Source of the DNA: Thalia democratica
Lineage: Eukaryota
Reading direction: 5' to 3'
DNA length: 64,000 bases
Assembly: GCA_965202585.1 (NCBI GenBank)
Contig: OZ241829.1
Location: 72,912,001-72,976,000, forward strand
Numbering within the stretch: position 1 is the stretch's first letter; each line of letters starts with the position of its first letter. A program made the translations under genes and the position numbers. Shown one piece after another: positions 25,397 to 38,999 of the stretch. The notes under the pieces were generated by a model. The model did no database searches, had not been told where the DNA came from, and saw nothing but the letters and a program-made list of their open reading frames with translations.

Positions 25397-26554
25397 GTTA
25401 GTACAACATAATTTTTAAACTTTGCTTATTTAAAATGCGATAAATAAGTGGGAAAGTAGTTAAAAAAGTATATGATAATGGCATTTTATGTGGATGTCTA
25501 ACAAGTTGAACAATAAGAATTAACTAAAAAAATTACTTTGAATTGTTTCTTACCTCACCAAAAGCATGTTATGAAATTTTATAACAACAAACTAATAATC
25601 TGTAAGATAGCACAGTATAACTCGTTTATTTTAATTTATTAAGTTATATAAACTATGCATTTTTTACATCAAGTTATGTCTAATTTTAAGCAAAATATTA
25701 TTTACTAATATTTTTCATGAGTGACTTATGTTTACTAATAAATATTTATAGATTAAAAAATGACAATAAATAACTTTAAATCCTTATAATAATATGTTAT
25801 ATATCATATTGTAAGAAATACTCTGTGTTAGTCTATCTTACACTTTTCTGTATAACATAATTTATGTTGATAGAAGTTTTTAAATGAAGCATTCTTGTTG
25901 CCATAGTCTTTTAACTAAATACGTTTTGATTAACTTTTCCTATTTTTAAAATTAAATTTTCAGCGTATTTTCTAAGCTAAATATGGTTTATGAAATTTCT
26001 TTTGCACAACTACAAATAAGTATGCTTATAAAAATTACTAAATTCGAGTATTTAGCTTAGAAACAATTAATTTTTTTTAAATACTACGATACCACAGTTG
26101 ATGAAAAATTAGCTGAATCGTAGAAATTTTCAACAAGGTAATTATTAATTTGCTTTAAAAATATGAAACGTTTGAAAAATGACTTTCATGTGGTAATTAA
26201 AAAATTACTTAAAAAAAATATTGTTATTATAATCTTAAATTAAGTTTAGAAAAATGCAGGGTTTGTTTAAAATACTTTTCATTTTATTTTATTATCTTAA
26301 CTTCGTACACAAAAAACATCTTAAATCTTAAAATACTTAAGAGATAATCATGTATATCACTTAGTTCTCTAAAATTAATTACCATTAGCTAATATGTGCT
26401 TTAAAACTTTTCTTTATCTATAAAAATAAAGCTTGTTATAATAAAAAGCTCAAAACTGCGTTATCTTTTTCATACAATTTAGAAAACGTCTTGAATTGAA
26501 ATGCTCAATTTTAGTGATTATAACTATCAAAAACATTTTCACCAATTGTTACTA

Positions 26555-26700
26555 AGCTGACAATGTTAAACCTAATAAAATCTTTTAAGTTTTAAGTAGT
26601 AGCGATAGTTTTTTAAACTGTATAAAAAAAAAACTTAATTTTTAGTAACACTTTGTACATAAAAGCTTTAAAGATTCTTTTAGGTGAAACAGTGTCAGCT
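26555..26700. repeat. Inverted repeat (relic MITE-like), unit 1
   Basis: AGCTGACAATGTT... / ...AACAGTGTCAGCT. Confidence 0.55.
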
Positions 26701-29700
26701 GAATAACAACCGTTGTACTAACTTTTTATAATTTATTTGTTTTAAAAGTAGTTTTATAGTTGTAAGTTGAAATGTTTATAGATCAAGAAAAACTATGTAC
26801 ACATTTTAAATACTTTAGGTTATAGTTTATTTATACTTTAAAGCTTCTTTGAAAAAGTTCAACACTTATTAAAATTTGTTTAATTATTTATAATATTTTT
26901 AAAGTTTTTCTGCTTTTACGACGACATACTGACAAGAATAATAAAAGTTAGAATGAAAAATATTTTGACCTTCATAGAAAGCCCTCAATTGAAAATGCTA
27001 TTAAACATAAACTATTTTTTATTTTTTGTGAAATTTTTAATTCTAAAATTTACAACTTTGAGGAAGTTTTCCAATCGTTTTAATTTTTTTTTAAGTAAAG
27101 AAACACCTCTGCGAAACTCGATAAACTTATTTTTATTTGTACCTTACCACTCATGCTAAACCTAAGTATAAGTGTGTAATTATCTGACAGATGCCAAATT
27201 TTATATTAACTAAGACTTCGGCTTTAATTGATTTAGTAAGTGTAGTTGATATTTGATAAATTATATTAGCATTCAAATAGATACCTTTAATATATCAGGA
27301 AAATTATAATCATATATTAAAAATTATTTTAGAGTTAAAATAAGTGATATGAAAATTAGTGATAACTAAAAAGATACTTACTAGTTAACTAATATAAAAG
27401 TTTTATATAAACTTTAATATATTTTTATTAGTTATTGAATTTATATCAATTTAGCTTCTACATTTAGAAAAACAAAGCCATACGAACTTAACTAAATTGT
27501 TGTTAGAAAATTCTCTGAAATTAGAATTAAAGCAGTATAAAACATTCTATTTAAAAACTAACAAATATACAAGAAGTTGTCAAAAATGAGAGTACTCTCT
27601 TTTGCACATACTTCATTCAAGTTCATAGTATTGCATCTGCAATCAGTTTTACATTTTATATAAGTAGAGTTTTTCATTGAAACATTATTAATTTTATACT
27701 AAAATTATATTAAAATTAAATTAATTTTGTTTAATTGTAAAATTATTTATTAAGTTTGAACTTGTGCAAAAATAAAGCCTAACTGACTTTATGCAAAATT
27801 GACCCATTACCTAAACAAAAAAAATCTCTCAACAATTACTTTTTTATCTGTAGTGTAGCTTGTAAAAAGTTAAAAAAATGTTGTCTTTTCATAAATTTGT
27901 AGATTTTTGTTCATCATCAATAATCTCATTACTTTTATTTATTTTTATTTTAGTGCAATAGATATATAGATATTTTGAAATGGTAAGTAAGCAGTTTTAT
28001 TAAAAGCTAAATCATTTAATTGTAAACTTTTTAACACCATGAAACAAAAAAGGTTTGACCACTATTTAGATTTTCTATTTAGTGTAGTTTGGAATTATAC
28101 TTTTGAAAATAAAAATAATCATTTCTACAGCTATACAATTTATTTGTATTTAGCAGTGTTATCAACATTAACTTTGGTCTTATGTTTATAACAATATTCA
28201 ACATATAACTAAGTTTGACATTACTGAGGTCATACACTATACAGAATTATTGTTATTTCACGATTTAGTTGCTAACTATAGTAATATTTTATAATAAAAG
28301 AAACGCGCTCGATAATTAAGTCTAACGAAGTTTCGATTATTGAGTTGTATGTTTAAATTATAGTACACTTGGTAAGACTAACAACACATGATTAGCAATT
28401 TTCGATCAAATGTTTCGTTTGTTCTGAGCCTCTTAAATTTTTAAATCACCTTGTGCACTATACAAGTCTTTACAGCATCTAAAGCTTTGATTATTAAACT
28501 TTTTTATGATTAAACAAAACTTTGCTTTCAAAGCTGGAACAGCTGAAAAATTTTCAGATGAAGCTGAAAATCCCAAAGAACCTTACGCTTAGACTTATTT
28601 ACCATCTTTATGAACTGAAATGGTTTAAATTTATGCTTTTTTATATCTTTAGTATTAATTAAATACAAAATACAAACTTCAAAAAAATTGTTAAAAACAA
28701 TTTAAATGGTATGTAACAACTGCTAAAAGCAAAACGAAACTTTTAGTAACAAATTCAAATCCAATTTTTACTGGTTTTAAAGCTCTTAAATGCTTTGTTC
28801 TGTAACAACCATGAATAATAATATTTATCTTCTAATTAAAAAATCTAATTAGTAAAAAAACTAACAATTTATAAAAAAGTTTTTTTTATTCTAAAAATTT
28901 ATATTGATAGACATGGCTATTTAATAAATTATCCTTTAAATTTATTTATATTGCTATTTAAAATAAAAATATCAATAGCTCGTCTACTTTTTCATTAACC
29001 AATTAAGCAAAAAAGCTGCAAGATGTTTATTCTTAAAAACACATTTAGTGATCTGCATACCTTAAATGACATAAGCAATAAACAGACTTATTAGAAAATA
29101 GATATTTTAACATTTTTTCCAATTTTATAGATAAAATACTGCTGTATCATTTTTATCCTTATTCGTAAAATTTATTAGTAGGTAAAAAATCTAAAACCTT
29201 TCTGCAGCAGTCCACCTGTAAAACAGCTAGAATCTTATCAGAGTTGATATGTTTTATCAACAGTTATACAAACTTTACTGGGGTTGCTCAATTAAACATT
29301 ATGAAATATAATGCTTACGTACGATTTATAATTTAGGTATATAAAAGAGTCCAAGACTATAAACATCCTAAAATTAATTTTTTTAATTTATTTTACCTTT
29401 AAACTATAAGGCAAACACAGTCAGTTTAAACTAACTTGTACAAGTATTACATAACAACTTGATTAAAAACTTATCTGTGTCACGTCGCTTACTTATGAAC
29501 TAATATAACTTACTTTATAATTTTTTTTAACTTATGTTCATTATTTGCTTAAATTTTTAAAAAGGACAGTTTGTTTAACATGCTATTATTAAAACATTGC
29601 ATTTAATACTTAAAAAGATAAAACGTAACCTAAAACGGAAATATATTTATCATTTCAATTGCAAATTAAGCACTATAAGTAATTGAACCATGAAACGATT

Positions 29701-29713
29701 CTCTCAACTTCAA

Positions 29714-29881
29714 CGCGTCATCAATTTGCTCTCGTGTAAAACTACGTCACGACAAATTATCACGAACGCTCTCGATGACTTTACAAATTAGTCTCCGGTA
29801 GCTGCGTCCGTTACAATCGCTTTCCAGCGAATTGGCAGTTATTTTGCTTCAATTTGCAAGTCGTTCAAACACGACTATAAA
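29714..29881 (+). promoter_or_regulatory. Promoter-like block, unit 2
   Basis: CpG-rich block, ATTTGCAA, GTCGTTCAAACACGAC, TATAAA at 29876. Confidence 0.5.
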
Positions 29882-29923
29882 TCATATCATTTAGAAACTC
29901 GGCTGGAAGAAGTGATGTTGTTG

Positions 29924-29976
29924 TGTGACGTAACAAACAGCTTTCGCTTGCAAAGCCGAAGTTTTGATACGTCACA
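29924..29976. other. Hairpin, unit 2
   Basis: TGTGACGTAACAAA / TTTGATACGTCACA plus inner GCTTT/AAAGC. Confidence 0.65.
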
Positions 29977-30537
29977 AAAGGCTTTTGCTACTAAAGCTGA
30001 AGCAGCATTTGTAGCTTAAATTATAACTTATTTACGCTTGGACATAGTCGCGAACTCTTTTTATGCTTAAGCTCATATCTTATAAATCCCTTTTGAAATT
30101 TTATCTTCAATAATTTAATGTAGAATATAATTGGAAAATGATGTTAATAAGAGTTGTAAAATTAAACGAAAGGTTTGAATACAATTCCATAACAAATAAT
30201 GCTTAAACTTTATAGCCTTGAGTTAGAAAAACTTGTAACATGTGTTTGCTTATTTTACAAACAAAAAGCAAATTGATTTTATTACAAATAAAAAAAGTCT
30301 AAGGTATTTTAATAAAAAATTAAAAAGTTGTGGTTTATTGATGATTACCTAAATAATAAAATATGTTGTTGAACTATAAAACTTTTAAACCTTATTTAAA
30401 ACTTTAAAACTTGTGATTTATAGTTCAATTACTGTAGCAAATAACCTTCTTAGTGGCTATTTTAAACATTTTTTAATGTTTTTTTATTATATATAAAACT
30501 AATAATCAACAAATTTTTGTTAAACTAATTTTTTTAG

Positions 30538-30599
30538 CCGAAGTAACATGAATTGAATCAGTGGAGTTTATATACAACAAAAGAAGTATTCACATTCCG
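30538..30599 (+). other. Exon-like cassette, 62-nt class
   Basis: TTTTTTAG|CCGAAG...ATTCCG|GTTAGT. Confidence 0.55.
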
Positions 30600-31690
30600 G
30601 TTAGTTATGAATTATTATATCAAATACAGTAGCTGATTTCAATTTTGTTTAAATAAAAATGCAGTCAAAAATGTGTAAATTTTTCAACAAAAGTTGTGTT
30701 TTAGCTTTAAAAATCACATTAAAGTCATACTTATGTTCTTTTAATAAGATTTTGTAACTCTTTTAACTCGAAAAATTTGTGATTTAATTTATTTTCAGTT
30801 TTTAATATCTATGTCCCTACTGCAGTTAGTCACATATAAATAAAATAATGTCAAAATTTCTATTTTCTATATGTGGTGAATAATGACAGTTAAGTTTTTT
30901 TATCAATTGAAATATATTCAACTTCATTACATTTAAATTCAGTAATTCATGAAAATCTTTATTTAAGTTTCACACGTTTAGAAACATTTTCACATGACGT
31001 CAAGAAATATCATACAATAACTTTCTTTCATAATACTTTAATTAATTAACTTACATTCAACTAATTAACTTACAAAGAGCAGTTTAGAATATGGTTTCTT
31101 ACTTTGACTTCTAAAAATTGTCCTTGAGTTAACTTATAACCATTTTAAAGTGGTTAAAGGCCGCAAAAATATTTTGGTATTAAATATTTTCAGAGTTAAA
31201 ATATTACAGCAAATATTATGTGTCTAAACTTCATGACTTCACTAAACATGTAACTCGAAAAAGCTTAAAAAGTCAGTTTGGTTTTTGAGTTCACTATAGT
31301 TCATTTTTATTAAATTTTTAATTCTTGTTTTATTCTTGAAACATGTATAGAAGTATTAGACTATTTTAACTAACTTCATAGAAATTTTAATTGATTAAGT
31401 ATAAATGATAAAGAAAATGTACCATATTTAATAACTTATACCAGTAATTTTTTAAGTGTTAATTATGACATCATTTTAATAAAAACATCTTTACATTTGG
31501 AAATTCAATTAGGTGCAACAAAAGTTTAGTTTATTGTTTGAAACTATTAAACGATTGTGTAACATAACTCTTGTTGAATATACCAACAGTGTCTAGACTA
31601 GTGGTGGGCAACGTTTTTAACCGGCGCTCGGATCCGAAAAATTAAGTCTTGCCGGAGCATTACGAATAAGTGATTTACCGGATTCACCAG

Positions 31691-31755
31691 GTTAACACTT
31701 TTGACGCTCATTAATGACGTCATTGGTGTTAAAGCAGCGAGGTGTAAATGATCTG
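31691..31755 (+). other. Exon-like cassette, 65-nt class
   Basis: TTCACCAG|GTTAAC...TGATCTG|GTTAGT. Confidence 0.5.
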
Positions 31756-33466
31756 GTTAGTGTATCCAACATGCAATTGTGCTTTTTAACATAGTTTAAT
31801 TAAAATGAATAATTAGCAATATAAAAAAGTGTATATAAAACATTTCAAGTCTTTATTTAGGTACTTAACTTGTTGTAAATCGAAAGTATTTTAAAAAGCA
31901 TCATAAAAAACAGTGTCGCTTACCTTACCAGCAATATCTTCAATCTAGCTTTGTTGTGTCTGTTAAAAGCTCTAAAACAACCTGCTTTTACAAACAAAGG
32001 GTAACAAAATTTATACAGTATATATGTTTAAATTTCTGAAAAGCTTAATGCTATAATATGCAAGTAGTTAAATTGTGTACTATTTTGTAAATAGTTTGAA
32101 ACTAATTTCGTTAATCAAATAGAAAGTATAACAACGACTTTTTTATTTTCAGTTAGTTTTATACTTTCATTGTTGTAACAACTTTTAAGTTGTCATTTTG
32201 TTGTCTTTTTTAACGTTTTAACTAGTTTGAAATAACTCATTTTCATATGCACTCACTCGATAGAAGTACAAGAAAATATTTTTTTATTTCCTTTTAAAAT
32301 ATATCGCCCCATTACTACTTTATTACCCTTCACGAGTTTATATATTTTTCACTTCTTAAATACTAACTAACTTTTTCTGTAAGTCACTAGTTATTTCCTT
32401 CTGATAACTTAAATCGACTTAAGGTAAAGATGTCACCCACTTAAGAAACTGAACTACAAAAATTTTTTACACATGTTGCAATTATATATGGTATCAACTT
32501 TTTTTATAGTTTGATAATAAATTAAATAAATTTTAGTGTAAACAGTTTTTATTTATTTGCTTACAGTTCAAGCGATATAAATCTCTTGAGAGAAAATTTA
32601 ATAAGGTTAAAAAAGCATGATCAACCACTTAGTAATAAGTTAATGAGTAATTAACTATTAAAAGGTGAATTGTTAATAAATGCTGCTCTTAAACATTAAT
32701 CTCTTGCACATTCAGGTTTTCAGCTTAAAAACATTTAATTTTTTTTTAAATCGTAAAATAGTTTTGTTTGAAGACTTAAGTGAGTTTAAAATGCTTTTAT
32801 GAAGGCTTTAACACTTTTCTATAAATACACGAAAATATTGAGAAATAATATCTTGGCTTAATATTTAAAACAAGATACCACAGAAATAACAATGAGTGTT
32901 TGTATTTGTAGGCAGGTATAGCTAAAATAAGTTATTAAAACACTATAAGCCAAACTTTTTTATAAGTCTTTTAAAATTTGTTAAACAATTATGACGACAT
33001 AGGTGGAAAAAAAACTGAAAATTCAACCAAAAAACACATAGTATACGAAAACTTATAATTTGAAATTGAACTTGCTCAACATCTGGTGTAAACTTCATAA
33101 GATTGGTTTGAAGCTCTTAAAGTATAATATCTTTGCTTATTGACTACTAACTTTTTTTTCCAAGTCGCTAGTCTAAAAGAGCAAAAATTTATTTAAGTTG
33201 TAAAGCCAAGATGCGTAGCTAACACAAAATCGTTTAATATTTGTTTTACGGTTTCTTTGCTCAAATTTATACATTTAGAAATGCTTTAAATGGAATACAA
33301 ACTTTTTATTTTAATTTTGATAGTCTTGTACGACAAAACTATACATTAAGGTCTATTACTTTTTGTTATTTTGAAATTAACCTAACTAAATTTGTTGAGT
33401 ATTACCAATTATAAAATGCTGTTGTTTTACTGATCTAAAAAGGTTTTATCTAAAGTATTTCAACAG

Positions 33467-33544
33467 CCAGAAAAGAAGCAGCGATGACTTACTCAACTGG
33501 GCAATGACGTCACAAGAAAAATGAATCAGAAGTGAGATGCTCTG
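33467..33544 (+). other. Exon-like cassette, 78-nt class
   Basis: TTTCAACAG|CCAGAA...GCTCTG|GTTAGT. Confidence 0.55.
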
Positions 33545-34728
33545 GTTAGTTTATCATAATTTTTAAATTTTGCTTATTTAAAAGACAGTAAATAAACAAT
33601 ATATTTTTGCTTGTTTAAAATGCGATTAATAAGTGGGTATGTAATTAGAAAAAAAATTATAATGACATTTTATGTGACCGTCCAAAAAGTCAAACAATAA
33701 GAACTAACTTTAAAAATTACTTTAAATTGTTTCTAATCTCACCAAAAGCATCTTAAGAAATTATATAGTAACAAAATAAAAATCTTTTAGATATCACAGT
33801 ATAACTCGTTTATTTTACTTTTTAATATTGTAAAAACTAAGCATACATTTTATCAAGTAATGTCTAACTTTAAGCAAAATACTGTTTACTAATATATTTT
33901 ATGAGTGACTCTTGTTTAGTAATAAATATTCATAGATTTTAAAATGACAATAAATAATTTTCAATCCTCATAACATTATGTTATATATTATATTTTAACA
34001 ATTACTTAATGGTAACCTATCTTACACATTTGTGTATAACTTAATTTATGTTGATAGAAGCTTTATAAATAAAGCATTCCTATTGCCATAGTCGTTTTAA
34101 ATAAATAGCTTTAAAATTAGCTTTCCTTATTCTTAAAACTGTATTGTCAGCGTATTTTCTAAGCTAAATAATGTTTATCAAATAACTCGTGCACAACTAA
34201 AAATAAGTGTGCTTAAAAATTACTAAATTCGAATATTTAGGTTAGAAACATTTAACACTTTGTAAATACTACGAAAACACATTTGATAAAAAATTAGTTG
34301 GATCGTAGAACCTTTTAATAAGGTAATTATTAATTTACTTTAAAAACATGAAACGTATCAAAAATGACTTTTATGTAGTAATTAAAAAATAACTAAAAAC
34401 AATTATTGTCATGTTAATTTTGATTTAATTTAGAAAAAAATTGGTTTTTTTTAAGATACTTTTTATTTTATTTTATTATCTTAACGTCATACAAAAAAAA
34501 CTTCTTCAATCTAAATTTGCTCAGAGACAGGCATATATATCACTTAGATCTCTAAAATTAATTAACATTAGCTAATATGGGTTTCTAAACTTTTTCTTAT
34601 CTATAAAATAAAGCTCGTTATAATAAAAAAACTCAAAGTTTTCTCACTTAATTTAGAAAACTTTTTTGAATTAAAGTGCTCAGTTTTAATGAACATACTA
34701 TCAAAATCTTGTTCAACAATTGTTATTA

Positions 34729-34860
34729 AGCTGACACTGTTTCAACTAAAACTATACTTAAAGTTTTAAGTAATAGCGGTAGTTTTTTAAACTGTTAATT
34801 TTTAGTATCACTTTGTACATAAAAGCTTTAAAGATTCTATTAGGTGAAACAGTGTCAGCT
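34729..34860. repeat. Inverted repeat, unit 2
   Basis: Perfect 16-bp arms AGCTGACACTGTTTCA / TGAAACAGTGTCAGCT. Confidence 0.65.
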
Positions 34861-36985
34861 GAATAACAATCGTTGTACCAATTTTTTTATAATTTATATA
34901 TTTTAAAAGTAGTTTTATAGTTGTAAGTTGAAATGCTTGTAGATCAAGCAAAACTATGTACATATTTTAAATGCATAAGGTTATAGTTTATATGTACTTT
35001 AAAGCATCTTATAAAAAAGTTCAACACTAAATCAAAAATTTCTTTATTATTTATAATATTTTTTTAAGTTTTTCTGCTTTTATGACGACATATTGACAAA
35101 TATAATGAAAGTTAGAAAAAAAAATATTAACTGCTTTGACCTTACTAAAAAGCCCTCAATTGAATGTGCCATTAAATATAAAATAGTTTTTAAATGTTTC
35201 GTAAAATGCTTTATTCTAAAACTTACAACTTTGAGGTAGTTTTCCAATTGTTTTAATATAAACAAATTACAGAATATTTTTTTTGAACTTATTTTCATAG
35301 AATTTCTCAAATTTAGCTTTATTAACCTCTCGACCATATTATACAAAGTAATTTTAGATATTTTGAATATTATTTTTAAGGTTGAATAATTGTTTTATAG
35401 GAAAGACAGCACAAGGTGAAGGCTGATGCAACAAAGGAGAACATTTACTACAGAAGGGAGAATTGGACACTTCCGAAGAATTCAACATTTTACTAAGTTT
35501 CACATTACTGAGCTTATACACTATACAGAATTATTGTTATTTTACAACTTAGTTGCTAACTATAGTATTTTTTTACAATAAAAGAAATGCGCTCGAGAAT
35601 TAAATCTAACTAACCTTCGATTATTGAGTTGTACTATTAAATTATAAAAACACTTGGTAAGACTAACAACACATGATTAGCAATTTTCGATTAGGTGTTT
35701 CGTTTGGTCTGAACCTCTTAAATTTGCGCTATACAAGTCTTTGCAGCATATAAAGCTTTGATTGAAAAAAACGTTTATGATTAAACAATACTTTGCTTTT
35801 AAAGCTGAAACAGCTGAAAAATTTTCAGATAAAACTGAAAATCTCAAAGAACCTTACGCTTAGACTTAACTACCATCTTTATGAACTGAAATGGTATAAA
35901 TTTATGCTTTTTTATATCTTTAGTATTCAATAAATGCAAAATATATACTTCAAAAAAAATGTTAAAAACAATTTAAATCGTAAATTACAACTGCTATATG
36001 TAAAACGAAACTTTTAGTAACAAATTCAAATCCATTTTCTCACTGGTTTTAAAGCTCTTTAATGCTTTGTTCTGTAACAACTCATGAATAATAATATTTA
36101 TCTTTTAATCAAAAAATCAAATTAGTAAAAAAAACTAACAGTTTATAAAAAAGGTTTATTTTATTCTAAAAATTTATATTGATAGACATGGCTATTTAAT
36201 AAATTATCGTTTAAATTTGTTTATTTTGCTATTTAAAATAAAAACATCAATAGCTCGTCTACTTTTTCATTAACCAATTTAGCATAAAAGCTGCAAGATT
36301 TTTATTCTTAAAAACACATTTAGTGATTTACATACCTTAAATGACATAAACAATAAACATACTTATTAAAAAATACATATTTTAACATTTTGTACAACTT
36401 TATAGATAAAATACCGCTGTATCATTTTTAGCCTTATTCGAAAAATTTATTAGAAGCTAAACAATCTAAAATCTTTCTGCTGCAGCCCACTTGTAAAACA
36501 GCTAGAATCTTATCAGATTTGATTCGTTTTATCAACAATAATCCAAACTTTACCGGGGTTGCTCAATTAAACATTATGAAATATAATGCTTACGTACGAT
36601 TTATAATTTAGGTATATAAAACAGTCCAAGACTATAAACATCCTAATAGCAATTTTTTAATTTATTTTACCTTGAAACTATAAGGCAAAGACGGTCAGTT
36701 TAAAATAACTTGTACAAGTATTACATAACAACTTAATTAAAAACTTATCTGTGACACGTTACTTACTTATTAACTAATATAACTTACTATATATATTTCT
36801 TAACTTATGTTCATTTTTTGCTTAAATTTTTAAAAAGGACAGTTTGTTTTACATGCTATTATCAAAACATTGTATTCAATACTAAAAAGATAAAACGTAA
36901 CCTAAAACGGAAATATATTTATCATTTCAATTGCAAATTAAACACTATAAGTAATCGAACCTCGAAACGATTCTCTCAATTTCCA

Positions 36986-37155
36986 CGCGTCATCAATTTG
37001 CTCTCGTGTAAAACTACGTCACGACAAATTATCACGAACGCTCTCGATAACTTTACAATTTAGTCTCCGGTAGCTGCGTCAGTTACAATCGGTTTCCATC
37101 GGAACTGCGGCGTTATTGTTGAACAATTTGCAAGTCGTTCAAACACGACTATAAA
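36986..37155 (+). promoter_or_regulatory. Promoter-like block, unit 3
   Basis: Same block; TATAAA at 37150; YY1-like motif at 37319. Confidence 0.5.
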
Positions 37156-37197
37156 TCATATCACTTAGAAACTCGGCTGGAAGAAGTGATGTTGTTG

Positions 37198-37246
37198 TGT
37201 GACGTAACAGCTTTCGCTTGCAAAGCCGAAATTTTGTTACGTCACA
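37198..37246. other. Hairpin, unit 3
   Basis: TGTGACGTAACA / TGTTACGTCACA plus inner GCTTT/AAAGC. Confidence 0.65.
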
Positions 37247-37768
37247 AAAGGCTTTTGTTACTTAAGCTGAAGCAGCATTTGTAGCTAAAACTTCAACTTA
37301 TTTACGCTTGAACATAGTCGCCATCTTTTTTACGCTTAAGCTCATGTCTGTAAATCGTTTTTGCAATTTTATTTTCAATAATTTAATGTAGCATGTAATT
37401 GGAAGATTATGTTAATAAGAGTTGCATAATTAAACGAAAGGTTTGAATACAATTCCTTATCAAAAGATTTTTTAACTTTAAAGTCTTGAGTTCGAGAATT
37501 TGTAACAGTGTTTGCTTATATTACAAACAAAAAACGAATTGATTTTACTACAAAAAAAAAAAATAATAATAGAATGATAAAAGTGTTTCGGTTAATTGAT
37601 GATTACCTAAATATTAAAATATGTTTATGAACTATAAAACTTGTGACTTATTGTTCAACCACTGTCGCAAATAACCTTCTTAGTGGTTTGTTTAAACATT
37701 GTTATATTTTATATTTATTTATTATAAAATTAAAAATAAACAAAACTTTGTTAAACTAACTTTTTTAG

Positions 37769-37830
37769 CCGAAGTAACTTGAATTGAATCAGTGGAGTTT
37801 GGATACAACAAAAGAAGTATTCACATTCTG
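37769..37830 (+). other. Exon-like cassette, 62-nt class
   Basis: TTTTTTAG|CCGAAG...ATTCTG|GTTAGT. Confidence 0.55.
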
Positions 37831-38934
37831 GTTAGTTATGAATTTTTATTTTAAATACATAAGCTGATGTCAATTTTGTTTAAATAAAAATGCAGTCAAA
37901 TGTGTAAATTTTCCAACAAAAGTTATGTTTTAGCTCTAAAAATCACATTAAAATCATACTTATTTTCTTTTAATAAGATATTGTAAGACTTTTAATTCGG
38001 AAAATTTGTGATTTAATTTATTTTCAGTATTTAATATCTATGTCCCTACTGCAGTTACTCATATTTAAAATTAATTAGTGTCAAAATTTCTATTTTCTAT
38101 ATGTGGTTAATAATGACAGTTAAGTTTTTTTATCAATTGAAATATATTCAACTTCATTAAATTTAAATTCAGCGATCCATGAAAAGCTTTATCCAAGTTT
38201 TACATGTTTAGAAACAATTTCATGTGAAGTCAAGGAATATCATACAATAACTTTCTTTCATGATACTTAAATTAACTAACTTACACTTAATTAATTAACT
38301 TACAAAGAGCAGTTTAGAATGTTGTTTCTTACTTTAACTTCTAAAAATTGTCCTTGTGTTAATTTATAACCATTTTAATGAGGTTAAAGGCCGCAAAAAT
38401 ATTTTGGTATTAAACATTTTCAAATTTAAAATATTACAGCAAATATTACGTGTCTAAAATTTACAAAGTGACTAAACATGTAATCTGAAAAAACCTAATA
38501 AGTCAGTTTAGTTTCTGAGGTCACTAAAGTTCATTTTTTGCTAAAACTTTGTTGTTGTTTATAATTCAAAACATGTATAGAAGTATCAGATTAGTTTAAC
38601 TAATTTTGTAGAAATTTTTATTGATTAAGTATAAATGATAAAGAAAATATACCAAATTTAACAACTTCTACCAGTAATTTTTCGGGTCTTAATCATGACA
38701 ACCTCTTAACAAAAACTTCTTTATTTTTGGGAATCAACTAGGTGCAACAAAAGTTTAGTTTATTGTTTGAAAGTATTAAACGATTGTGTAACATAACTCT
38801 GGTTGAACATACTAACAGTGACTAGGCTAAGGGTGGACAACGTTTTTAACCGGCGGCTCGGATCCGGAAAATTTAAGTTTTTTGGTTGTCGAAGCATTTC
38901 GAACTAGTGATTTATCAGATACAGTATCCACCAG

Positions 38935-38999
38935 GTTAACGATTTTGACGCTCATTAATGACGTCATCGGTGTTAAAGCAGCGAGGTGTAAATGATCTG
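38935..38999 (+). other. Exon-like cassette, 65-nt class
   Basis: TCCACCAG|GTTAAC...TGATCTG|GTTAGT. Confidence 0.5.

Larger units (their letters stand above)
21542..29713 (+). repeat. Array unit 1 (~8.2 kb)
   Basis: Colinear homology with units 2-5; TATA-to-TATA spacing 8172. Confidence 0.9.
29714..36985 (+). repeat. Array unit 2 (~7.3 kb)
   Basis: Colinear homology; TATA-to-TATA spacing 7274. Confidence 0.9.

Noticed and set aside
25319-25402. Minus-strand reading: (T)ACTAAC+CAG as a fused branch point and acceptor, with a perfect GTAAGT donor inside the 78-nt cassette
   Set aside because: The minus-strand AG is lost in five copies (CCG or TTG variants at 15670, 19626, 30599, 50279, 61366), while the plus-strand GT is invariant. 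The branch-to-AG distance would be implausibly short, and TATA orientation favours plus. Stranded RNA-seq would settle it.
29860-29881. GTCGT/ACGAC stem as a canonical Helitron 3' end
   Set aside because: There is no CTRR terminus at the usual distance after the hairpin and no Rep/helicase remnants. It remains a minor alternative.
34737-34744. CTGTTTCA, the nematode 21U-RNA Ruby motif
   Set aside because: It occurs only as part of an inverted-repeat arm, in few copies, and nothing else suggests a nematode piRNA cluster.
37295-37327. Minus-strand start exon ATG GCG ACT ATG TTC AAG C|GTAAAT at the YY1-like motif
   Set aside because: The ATG is lost in units 2 and 5, the copy at ~12670 has an immediate stop, and no phase-compatible downstream exon was found.
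37596-37700. Intronic C/D or H/ACA snoRNA (TTGATGA repeated in several units)
   Set aside because: No box D (CTGA) with a terminal stem at a suitable distance, no convincing H/ACA layout, and the motif is lost in unit 1.
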